DNA of 64,000 bases from an uncultured delta proteobacterium (GTDB lineage: Bacteria > Desulfobacterota > Binatia > UBA9968): assembly GCA_963728565.1 (NCBI GenBank), contig CAVSLC010000005.1:256001-320000 (forward strand). Reading direction: 5' to 3'. How positions within the stretch are numbered: the stretch's first letter is position 1; the number at the start of each line of letters is the position of its first letter. Below the pieces are notes generated by a model, which was given only the letters and a program-made list of their open reading frames with translations, was not told the origin of the DNA and searched no databases. Below, piece after piece: positions 55,995 to 64,000 of this stretch. Both the position numbers and the translations under genes were made by a program.

Positions 55995-57055
55995 GCACGG
56001 CGCAAACCAACCCAGCAGCTGCAGAAGAACTGGCAATGGCCGGGACCCCAGTGTCGGGCGGGCTATGGCGCGACGTTTGGAAACGTTTTAAGCGCAACCC
56101 GATCGCCATCACCGGATTTTACGTCGTTTGTGTTCTGGCATTCATGGCGTTGTTTGCTGATTTCCTGGCCAACGACAAGCCCTATTACCTGCGGTACGGC
56201 GAGAAAATTTACTTTCCGATTTTCCGCAGCTACATGGTTGGCGCCGGACTCGGTCATTGGCCGCCGGAGTTGCTTAATGTGGATTTCAAGAAACTCGACC
56301 GCGCTCAAGCGCTTTTTCCGCCCGTTCCATATCGGCCGACCAATATCAATTTACTCGAGCCGTTGGAGCCGCCTTCGCGAAAGCATTGGCTTGGCACGGA
56401 CAAGCTCGGACGCGATGTCATGGCAGGAATGATCCATGGATCGCGAATCTCTCTTTCCATCGGCTTTGTTGCGGTCGGGATTGCGGTGATCATCGGTCTG
56501 TTTCTTGGCGCCATCGCCGGTTACTTTGCCGGTTGGGTGGACCTGGTGATCTCGCGATTTTTCGAGATCATGCTGTCGATCCCGACATTCTTTCTTCTGA
56601 TCACTGTGGCAGCGCTGCTGCCGCCGAGCATCTTTCTGACCATGGCAATTATCGGCGCAACCAGTTGGGTCGGTATCGCGCGCTTTACTCGCAACGAGTT
56701 TCTCCGAATCAGAAGTCAGGATTACGTGACATCGGCCATAGCGCTTGGAGTGGCTAATCGAAAAGTCATGTTCAAGCATATCTTGCCGAACGCCTTGGCC
56801 CCGGTCATTGTCTCCGTCGTGCTCGGCATCGCCGGTGCGATTCTGGTGGAGTCGAGTCTGAGCTTCCTCGGCATCGGCGTGCCCGCCGAGCTGGTCACCT
56901 GGGGTTCTATTTTACAGGAAGCCAGTACCACGACTTTTGCTTGGTGGCTCGCAGTGTTTCCTGGTTTTGCCATTTTTATCACCGTGCTCGCCTACTATCT
57001 TGTCGGGGAAGGCTTGCGCGAGGTTCTTGATCCCCGATTGCGGGGCTTGCGCTGA
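55991..57055 (+). CDS. Peptide ABC transporter permease (OppC/DppC-like)
   Basis: HWLGTDKLGRD, KHILPN and ESSLSFLGIG motifs. Confidence 0.93.
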   Translation: MSTAQTNPAAAEELAMAGTPVSGGLWRDVWKRFKRNPIAITGFYVVCVLAFMALFADFLANDKPYYLRYGEKIYFPIFRSYMVGAGLGHWPPELLNVDFKKLDRAQALFPPVPYRPTNINLLEPLEPPSRKHWLGTDKLGRDVMAGMIHGSRISLSIGFVAVGIAVIIGLFLGAIAGYFAGWVDLVISRFFEIMLSIPTFFLLITVAALLPPSIFLTMAIIGATSWVGIARFTRNEFLRIRSQDYVTSAIALGVANRKVMFKHILPNALAPVIVSVVLGIAGAILVESSLSFLGIGVPAELVTWGSILQEASTTTFAWWLAVFPGFAIFITVLAYYLVGEGLREVLDPRLRGLR

Positions 57056-57360
57056 TCGCGCTGTTTCTGCTAATTCGGTCCCAAGTCCAAATTTCTTATT
57101 CAACTTCCGTTATCGACGCCAAGCGCGCTGCGACGATCTTGCGAATCCGCTCGCCTTTCACAGGAGCGGCGGAACAGTATATCCATGCGTAGTGATACCG
57201 CTAAGAAAATGGCTACGAAATTTAGCGCATGGAGGCAAGCCTTTAAGAACCGCTTGGGCGTAAACAAGCGGCAAAGCGTCCAGCGCGCATGATGCTCCGA
57301 AAGACGCGCCGACGGAGAGTCAAAACTTCGCATAACACCAGCTAAAGGAGAGAAACAGCC

Positions 57361-57909
57361 ATGGCCCGAATCGCTATCATTGAGAAGAAAGAAGACTTGC
57401 AGCCGGAACACCAATCGATTTATGACGCGATTGCGCAAAGCCGGGGCGTAGTCGGCGGACCGTTTGTGGCCCTCCTGCACAGCCCTGAGCTTGCCGGTCG
57501 AACTGCGCATCTCGGCAGTTATGTGCGTTTCCAATCGAGTTTGGACCCGAAGATCATAGAACTGGCCGCGCTGGTATCGGCCCGTGAGCTTCAATGCAAG
57601 CATGAATGGGCCGCTCATGTAAATCACGCGCAGAAGGCAGGTATTTCCCTGGAGACCATCCGCGCCGTTCACCAATGCAAAGATGCCGCGGATTTTACCT
57701 TCGAAGACGCACAGATCGTCAGTTTCGTCCGCGAAGTGTTGCGCGCGCACCGGGTCAACGAAACTACCTTTCAAGCGCTGTATGCTCGACTCGGGGAGCG
57801 CGGCCTGGTCGAGCTCAGTGCCACCGTCGGCTACTATGCGATGCTTGCGTGCACGCTCAATACTTTCGATATCGCAACGGCAAGCGCGCCGGAAGAGTTC
57901 AGGATCTGA
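57361..57909 (+). CDS. Carboxymuconolactone decarboxylase/AhpD-like family protein
   Basis: GGPFVALLHSPELA, ELAALVSAR..CKHEWAAH and VGYYAM motifs. Confidence 0.85.
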   Translation: MARIAIIEKKEDLQPEHQSIYDAIAQSRGVVGGPFVALLHSPELAGRTAHLGSYVRFQSSLDPKIIELAALVSARELQCKHEWAAHVNHAQKAGISLETIRAVHQCKDAADFTFEDAQIVSFVREVLRAHRVNETTFQALYARLGERGLVELSATVGYYAMLACTLNTFDIATASAPEEFRI

Positions 57910-57975
57910 ACACGAGAGCGAAGCGTTCAAAATTGTTAAGTCACAGTAGAGCTCGACTGATAGAAGGAGAAAAGA

Positions 57976-58746
57976 ATGAAGTTGAATAACCAAGTGGCGG
58001 TGGTTACCGGCGCCGGCAGAAATATCGGCAAAGCTATTGCCAAATTATTCGCCGATGAGGGAGCGAAAATTGCGGTCATAGAGATGCATGAAGGCCGCGG
58101 CCAGGCGGTCGTCCAGGAGCTCGAAAACAGCGGCCACGAAGCCATGCTTGTGCTCTGCGACGTCGCCAAAGCAAGTGACGTGCAACAGATGGTTCAAAAA
58201 GTCGTGGCGCGTTTTGGCGGTATCGACATCCTCGTTAATAATGCGGCTCTGACGGATCGTGCCGATATTCTCATTAGCACCGAAGAGGAGTTCGACAAAG
58301 TAATTGCCGTGAGTCTGAAGGGGCCGTATCTGGTGACGAAATACGTTGCCGCGCAAATGGCCAAACAGGGGCGCGGCGGAAAAATCGTCAACTTCGGCTC
58401 GACTTCTGGCATGCTCGGTCGCACCGACGGCATTGCTTATGCAGCGGCCAAGGGCGGCGTTATCAACCTGACTCGCGCCATGGCTGTGCAGCTTTCACCG
58501 TACAGGATTCGCGTCAATTGCGTGGTGCCAAACCGTTCAGGTTCGCCGGTAGGCTATGACGACGACGTTGCCGGCAGCAGAATTTTCGAGAATCTCGCCG
58601 GCCGGTTGGGAACGGCAGAGGATCAAGCCAAGGCTGCGCTCTTTCTGGTCAGCGACGATTCTGATTTTATCTATGGCCATCCCTTAGTCGTCGACGGCGG
58701 TGTCGTCGCCACCGCGAACTTTCCCAAGGAGCAGTTCGTCAAGTAG
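57976..58746 (+). CDS. SDR family oxidoreductase
   Basis: TGAGRNIG, LVNNA and YAAAK motifs. Confidence 0.93.
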   Translation: MKLNNQVAVVTGAGRNIGKAIAKLFADEGAKIAVIEMHEGRGQAVVQELENSGHEAMLVLCDVAKASDVQQMVQKVVARFGGIDILVNNAALTDRADILISTEEEFDKVIAVSLKGPYLVTKYVAAQMAKQGRGGKIVNFGSTSGMLGRTDGIAYAAAKGGVINLTRAMAVQLSPYRIRVNCVVPNRSGSPVGYDDDVAGSRIFENLAGRLGTAEDQAKAALFLVSDDSDFIYGHPLVVDGGVVATANFPKEQFVK

Positions 58747-58864
58747 AGCAAGCGCGCGGCACGGTCGTCGATGCGGGCCCTGCAAGGTAAGCAGACGAGA
58801 ATCGATAACGGAACCGGCTGAGAGATTTTGATTGCTCGGCGTCGATCATAAAGGGGTACGTTGC

Positions 58865-59893
58865 ATGACCAAGTTAGTGCGCATCATGCTTGTCTTCGTC
58901 GGGGCAAAACTTCTGCTGGCAATTGCCTGCATCCCTTTGCAGGCCGCATCAGCGCCTCGTGAATTCGTGATCGGCCATGCGGCGATGAACGCTAGGGTGG
59001 CGCCTCTCTGGGTTGCCGAAGACCTCGGCTTTTTCGCCAAGCAGGGTGTTTCCGTAAATGCCATTTTCATCCGCCAGGCTCCGGTCCTAGTCGCAGCTCT
59101 AACGGCGGGAGACGTGCACGCCGCATATACGGGCGGGACCACTGTGCTGACCGCGGTAGCCGGCGGAGCCGATTTAAAGATCATCGGCTCCCTCACTAAT
59201 CGTCTGGGCTACGACATGGTCGCCGCTCCGAACATCAAAACGCCCAAAGATCTGCGCGGCAAACGCTTCGGAGTGCAGACGCTGGCGGGAACTGTCTGGC
59301 TAGGTGCCATGCTCGGACTGGAGCACTTGGGCCTAGACGCTAAAAGGGACAATATCACTTTCCTCGTGATCGGCGATCAAACGGTGGCGACTCAAGCTCT
59401 TGAAGGCGGTCAAATCGACGTGACGGTGCTGGATGGCGTTTTTAGCCGGCGATTGAAGCAGAAGGGCTTCACAATCCTGGCCGAGCTGCAAAAGGCCAAC
59501 ATTCCGTTTTCCTCTCAGGGACTGGTGGCTCGCGGCGCTTTCCTTCAGGAGCAGCGCGAGACCATGGAAGGTGTCATGAAGGGACTTTTGGAGAGCATAG
59601 CCTTTTGTCTCGCGCCGAAAAATAAGAGCGCCGTTCTCGGGACTATTACCAAGCGTCTTAAACTGGCGGACGCGTCGGTAGCCGAAGATGGCTACCGGGA
59701 TGTGATCAACGGTGTGGAACGAAAACCTTACCCGGTCGTCGAGGGCCTGCGCAACATCCAGCGGTTGATGAAGATCCGTAACCCTGCGCTCGACAAGGTC
59801 AGGATAGAAGATATGATCGACGATCGGATCCTGCGTCAGTTGGATGAAAGCGGTTTTATCGATCAGCTGGCGAAGACCTACCCCGCGAAGTAG
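58865..59893 (+). CDS. ABC substrate-binding protein, NMT1/THI5/SsuA-like (orphan)
   Basis: PLWVAEDLGFFAKQG and DLRGKRFGV motifs. Confidence 0.88.
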   Translation: MTKLVRIMLVFVGAKLLLAIACIPLQAASAPREFVIGHAAMNARVAPLWVAEDLGFFAKQGVSVNAIFIRQAPVLVAALTAGDVHAAYTGGTTVLTAVAGGADLKIIGSLTNRLGYDMVAAPNIKTPKDLRGKRFGVQTLAGTVWLGAMLGLEHLGLDAKRDNITFLVIGDQTVATQALEGGQIDVTVLDGVFSRRLKQKGFTILAELQKANIPFSSQGLVARGAFLQEQRETMEGVMKGLLESIAFCLAPKNKSAVLGTITKRLKLADASVAEDGYRDVINGVERKPYPVVEGLRNIQRLMKIRNPALDKVRIEDMIDDRILRQLDESGFIDQLAKTYPAK

Positions 59894-60077
59894 GCATTTA
59901 TGGGTGATGGAATAGAAGGGGAGAATGAGAATGCGGCGCGGCTGGTCGCCGGCCAATCATCCTAGTTCGAGCATTATGGGCGAACTTAGGATCTGTGATA
60001 CCGCTTCTGCTAGAGAAGATTCGTAACCAAACCAAACGCGTGATTTACCTAGGTGCCCGCTGATCTCATTCCTTAAC

Positions 60078-60105
60078 TTGACAATAGCTCCAGCCCAAGT
60101 AATAT
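60078..60105 (+). promoter_or_regulatory. Candidate sigma70 promoter for the peptide ABC ATPase genes
   Basis: TTGACA-N16-TAATAT. Confidence 0.5.
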
Positions 60106-60226
60106 CCGCTTATTTTGCCGGCGGGCGCAAAATCCTGCCGCACTCTTCGCCGTGCGCGATTTAGATGATATGTTGTTTCGACAAATCACGTTTCGTTGCT
60201 TGATTCGCCTGCGCGAGGCAGAGTAA

Positions 60227-61252
60227 ATGGCCGAGCTCATTAAAGTCAAAGATCTGCGCACGTCCTTCTTCACCCCCGAAGGTGAAGTGCGCGCCATCGA
60301 CGGCATCAGTTTCGAAATCGGCGAAGGCAAGACTCTGGGTTTGGTCGGAGAGTCCGGCTGCGGCAAGAGCGTGACCTCGCTTTCGATCATGCGACTGATC
60401 GCTTCGCCTCCGGGAAAAATCGTCGGTGGAGAGATTCTTTATCGGGGCCGGGATCTGCTCAAGTTGAAGAATGAGGAGATGCGCAAAATCCGCGGCAACG
60501 AAATCTCGATGATCTTCCAGGAACCGATGACTTCGCTCAATCCGGTGTTCACTGTCGGCAATCAGATCGGCGAGGCGATCCGGCTTCATCAGGGCCTCGG
60601 CAAAAAGGAAACCCGGCAAAAAACCATCGACATGCTGCGCCTGGTCAAGATCGCTGATCCGGAGTCTCGGGTCGATGCCTATCCGCACCAACTGAGCGGC
60701 GGCATGCGCCAGAGAGTCATGATCGCAATGGCGCTGTCCTGTAACCCGAGCTTGTTAATCGCCGACGAGCCGACCACGGCGCTTGACGTCACGATTCAAG
60801 CGCAGATTCTGGATTTGATGAAAGAGTTGCAACAAAGGCTCGGTATGGCGCTGTTACTGATCACCCACGATCTGGGCGTGGTGGCGGAGCAAGCCGATGA
60901 AGTTGCGATCATGTATGGCGGCAAGATCGTGGAGCGCGCCAGTGCGCGGGGGATTTTCACCAGGCCATTTCACCCGTATACCGTGGGGCTATTAAATTCT
61001 CTTCCCGGCACCGGCCGTTTGAAGAAAAAACGCCTGGATGCGATCCCCGGGGTGGTGCCCAATCCTTTGCATCTGCCGAGTGGCTGTCGTTTCCGCGATC
61101 GCTGTCCAAGGGCCGCAGATCTATGTGCTCAAGTCGAACCGGAGCTTCTGGAGCGAGAACCGGGCCATACGGTAGCCTGCCATTTTCCCCATACCGAGTG
61201 GAAACAAAGGGCCGTACAGGAGATAGAAATTGAGAAACAGGGATCAGCATGA
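60227..61252 (+). CDS. Peptide ABC transporter ATP-binding protein (OppD/DppD-like)
   Basis: [17 protein letters not shown]-terminal Cys motif GCRFRDRC. Confidence 0.94.
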   Translation: MAELIKVKDLRTSFFTPEGEVRAIDGISFEIGEGKTLGLVGESGCGKSVTSLSIMRLIASPPGKIVGGEILYRGRDLLKLKNEEMRKIRGNEISMIFQEPMTSLNPVFTVGNQIGEAIRLHQGLGKKETRQKTIDMLRLVKIADPESRVDAYPHQLSGGMRQRVMIAMALSCNPSLLIADEPTTALDVTIQAQILDLMKELQQRLGMALLLITHDLGVVAEQADEVAIMYGGKIVERASARGIFTRPFHPYTVGLLNSLPGTGRLKKKRLDAIPGVVPNPLHLPSGCRFRDRCPRAADLCAQVEPELLEREPGHTVACHFPHTEWKQRAVQEIEIEKQGSA

Positions 61253-61303
61253 ATAGAGGCAAGCCGGCGACTATTCTCGGTCCTATCTGATCCTGGTAGC
61301 ACT

Positions 61304-62281
61304 ATGAGCCTGTTAGAAATCCGAAATCTCAAAAAGCATTTTCCCGTCGGTCAGGCGTTATTTTCGCGCAATAAGGACGTGGTGAAAGCTGTCGACGGCG
61401 TCAATCTTAGGGTCGAGCAGGGCGAAACGCTGGGTCTGGTCGGGGAGTCCGGTTGCGGCAAGTCAACCTTGGGACGCGCCATCTTGCGGCTGATTGAGCC
61501 AACCGATGGTGAAGTTTACTTCGAAGGCAAAAACTTGTTGGCCATGTCGCAGCGCGAGCTGCGCGATATGCGACGGCAGATGCAGATTATTTTTCAAGAT
61601 CCCTATGCGTCTCTCAATCCGCGGATGCGGGTCGGTGATATCGTCGGCGAGGGGCTGGAAATTCACAAGATCGCCAGGGGCAAGGCCAAACGAGATCGGG
61701 TCATCGAACTGCTTCGTCAAGTCGGTTTGCGCGAGGACCATTATGATCGTTACCCGCATGAGTTCAGCGGCGGTCAACGGCAGCGCATCGGTATTGCCCG
61801 GGCGCTGGGTGTCGGTCCCAAGTTTATTGTCTGCGATGAACCCGTCTCTTCACTGGATGTTTCGATTCAGGCGCAGATCATCAATCTGTTGCAGGAGCTG
61901 CAAGAGAAGATGCATTTGACCTACCTGTTTATCTCGCATGACCTGCGGGTGGTCGAGCATATCAGCCACCGGGTAGCGATCATGTACCTGGGCAAAGTGG
62001 TGGAAATTGCCCAAAGCGATACTATTTATCGGGACGCCAAGCATCCTTATACGCGAGCGTTGCTGTCATCCGTGCCGATCCCCGACATGGATGGAAAAAA
62101 GGAACGGGTGCTGTTGCAAGGTGATGTGCCCAGTCCGGTGAATCCTCCGTCGGGGTGTGCTTTTCATCCGCGTTGCGCCTACCGCGCGCCAATTTGTGAT
62201 CAGATGGAGCCGCCATTGGATTTCGATGCCGATTTTCACGGCGTCGCCTGCCATGTTTTCGGCCCTGTAAAACGCGCCTGA
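61304..62281 (+). CDS. Peptide ABC transporter ATP-binding protein (OppF/DppF-like)
   Basis: [23 protein letters not shown] and GCAFHPRC motifs. Confidence 0.94.
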   Translation: MSLLEIRNLKKHFPVGQALFSRNKDVVKAVDGVNLRVEQGETLGLVGESGCGKSTLGRAILRLIEPTDGEVYFEGKNLLAMSQRELRDMRRQMQIIFQDPYASLNPRMRVGDIVGEGLEIHKIARGKAKRDRVIELLRQVGLREDHYDRYPHEFSGGQRQRIGIARALGVGPKFIVCDEPVSSLDVSIQAQIINLLQELQEKMHLTYLFISHDLRVVEHISHRVAIMYLGKVVEIAQSDTIYRDAKHPYTRALLSSVPIPDMDGKKERVLLQGDVPSPVNPPSGCAFHPRCAYRAPICDQMEPPLDFDADFHGVACHVFGPVKRA

Positions 62282-62346
62282 TTCTTCCGTCAGTTAAGCC
62301 TCTCGCCAGCATGGCAGATGGTCCATTAGGAAGTGCTTCCCGAGAG

Positions 62347-62460
62347 TTGAATTAACCGCCGAGGATGCTAACATCCGTAGGCAGTGGCGCTTCACGGGTC
62401 GGAAGGTGGAGCGAGCAGCGAGAGCCTCTCAGGAGCCATTCCCGAGAGGTTTTGTTTTGT
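62347..62460 (+). promoter_or_regulatory. greA promoter and structured leader with a terminator-like hairpin
   Basis: TTGAAT-N16-TAACAT with extended -10 TG; hairpin 62388-62413; hairpin 62425-62449 followed by TTTTGTTTT just before the RBS. Confidence 0.55.
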
Positions 62461-62475
62461 ATAGGAGTTTAATCT

Positions 62476-62964
62476 ATGGCAACACAGGATGAGCGTGTCC
62501 CGATGACTAGTCGGGGATATCAGTTTTTGATGGACGAATTAAAACGCCTAAAGAGTGTCGAGCGTCCTAAAAACGTTCGTGAAATCGAAGAGGCGAGGGG
62601 CCATGGTGATCTTTCCGAAAACGCCGAGTTTCATGCGGCCAAGGAACGCCAATCCTTGCTGGATATTCAGATTCGCGAGATCGAGGATCGCCTGGCCCGC
62701 GCTCAGGTAATCGATATTTCAACACTGTCCGGCGATCGGGTTGTGTTCGGCGCGACGGTCGCTCTCGCCGATGGCGATACCGGTGACAAGGTGGTATATC
62801 AGATCGTCGGTGATCATGAGGCGGAGCCCAAGAACGGAAAAATTTCTATCAGTTCTCCCGTTGCCCGTGCTTTGATCGGCAAGAGCGAGGGGGACGAGGT
62901 TCAGGTCCAGACCCCCACGGGCGTGCGTTCATTCGAGATTTTAAGCGTCGAGTACATCGATTGA
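62476..62964 (+). CDS. greA: Transcription elongation factor GreA
   Basis: ARGHGDLSENAEFHAAKE and ISISSPVARALIGK motifs. Confidence 0.97.
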   Translation: MATQDERVPMTSRGYQFLMDELKRLKSVERPKNVREIEEARGHGDLSENAEFHAAKERQSLLDIQIREIEDRLARAQVIDISTLSGDRVVFGATVALADGDTGDKVVYQIVGDHEAEPKNGKISISSPVARALIGKSEGDEVQVQTPTGVRSFEILSVEYID

Positions 62965-63003
62965 TCTCTGCTGTAGTGGGGCGGGCCTTTCTGGAAAGGG
63001 ATC

Positions 63004-64000
63004 ATGTCCTTTTCGGCCCGAAAGGCAGCTCAAGGTTTTAGCCGCGGCCAACTAGTAGGTTGGCCGCGCCGGGCGGTTTTGGCGCCGCCTAACTTTCCGC
63101 TCAAATCATTTCAGGCCGGTTCGCGATCAACCGCTCTTATAGGCTGCTTTCTATCGAGTCTTCTTTTCTCTTCTTTCAGTTACGCCGAAATATCCATCGA
63201 AGCGCGCGTCGGCTTTCACGGCGTATTTCAGCTCGGACGTCCGTTTCCGCTGGAACTCGAAGTCACTAACTCCGGCCGTCCCGCCGACGGCTTTTTGGAA
63301 GTTCAGGTTTGGAAAGGCGGCGCCGCCAAGAGCGGCGTTCCTTATCCGCTTCATTATCGCAGGGATCTTTTCGTTTCCGGCCATTCGCGGAAAACCATTC
63401 AACTTACTGTCGATCCCGATTTCATCAGCCGGCCGCTGCTGATCTCTTTTATCAGCCCCGCCGGAAACGCATCGCGCGAGTTGGATCTGCGGCGCTCACT
63501 TCTCGCCGTCGCCGGTCATGCTGCTGGTGAGTGAAGCGAGTTCCCTCTCGATCTCTCTGGGATCGGCAATGACCAATCGGTTGGTCGCTGTTTCATTGAG
63601 CGAACTACCTTCCGATCCGCGAGCTCTGCTTGGGGTTTCACATGTGATTCTATATGACCAATCCTTGCGCGAGCTCTCGCGCTCGCAGCTGTTTGCCTTG
63701 GAAAGCTGGCTCACCGCCGGCGGCAGGATGGTCATCATAGGCAGCCTCAACCATGCGCTGTATCAGGAGACATCACTCAGCCGCTTTCTGCCTGTGCGGG
63801 TCACCGGCAGCGAACGGATCTCTTTCGCTCCGCAAAGTATCCAAGGTGAACCGGTAACCCCGATCGCCGGCGTCTGGACACAGGTTTCAAGCTTGCTGGA
63901 TGGTAAAGTTATGCTGGAATCGGCGGGAATTCCGCTTCTGGTTGAGAAGAGCCGGGGCAAGGGCCGGATCACCTATTTTGCCCTCGATCTTGGACGACCT
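63004..64000 (+). CDS. Exported/membrane protein with a class I glutamine amidotransferase-like domain (partial; probable indel near 63495)
   Basis: Beta-sandwich-like N-terminal part, then ELPSDPRALLGVSHVILYD...LESWLTAGGRMVIIG in a shifted frame that stays open to the window end. Confidence 0.6.

Noticed and set aside
57100-57993. Long antisense ORFs (e.g. 57100-57993, 3169-3942, 12770-13438, 59333-59956)
   Set aside because: They overlap well-supported genes, lack recognisable motifs, and are expected shadow ORFs in GC-rich coding DNA.
62380-62450. SRP RNA or glycine riboswitch upstream of greA
   Set aside because: Only partial word matches (GGAAG..GCAGC, CTCTCAGG). The SRP domain IV core and the GAAGGnGCAA glycine motif are not properly formed.

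Overview
GC-rich bacterial chromosome segment. The gene content suggests a Deltaproteobacteria-related soil lineage such as Candidatus Binatia (inference from many orphan NMT1/SsuA-type binding proteins, several UbiD paralogs, futalosine-pathway genes and the repeat families). About 0-19 kb is a catabolic/transport region: LigB-type dioxygenase with an extra N-terminal domain, amidohydrolase, DUF1989 protein, SsuABC-type ABC system, two divergent UbiD paralogs, LLM oxidoreductase, three-subunit molybdenum hydroxylase and cyclase. About 19-40 kb holds envelope genes: RND efflux, extended BamD, a porin-like beta-barrel, TPR lipoproteins, mqnL-mqnP and two GT-C-like membrane proteins. About 40-64 kb is mostly housekeeping: sodC, murU-amgK, rsmI, an NtrC-type two-component system, acyP, ligA, a peptide ABC transporter and greA. 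Many single-base frameshifts, including one in ligA, point to sequencing indels. Two genes missing from the ORF track stand out. One is a 40-aa secreted microprotein with a sigma54 promoter, divergent from the sigma54-activating two-component system (candidate peptide signalling or feedback module). The other is a 75-aa glutaredoxin-like protein with two in-frame UGA codons, each followed by a SECIS-like hairpin (candidate double selenoprotein). A 9-bp-period inverted repeat family and a structured greA leader are also present. No rRNA, tRNA, CRISPR array or transposase was seen. All calls were made by eye, without database searches.
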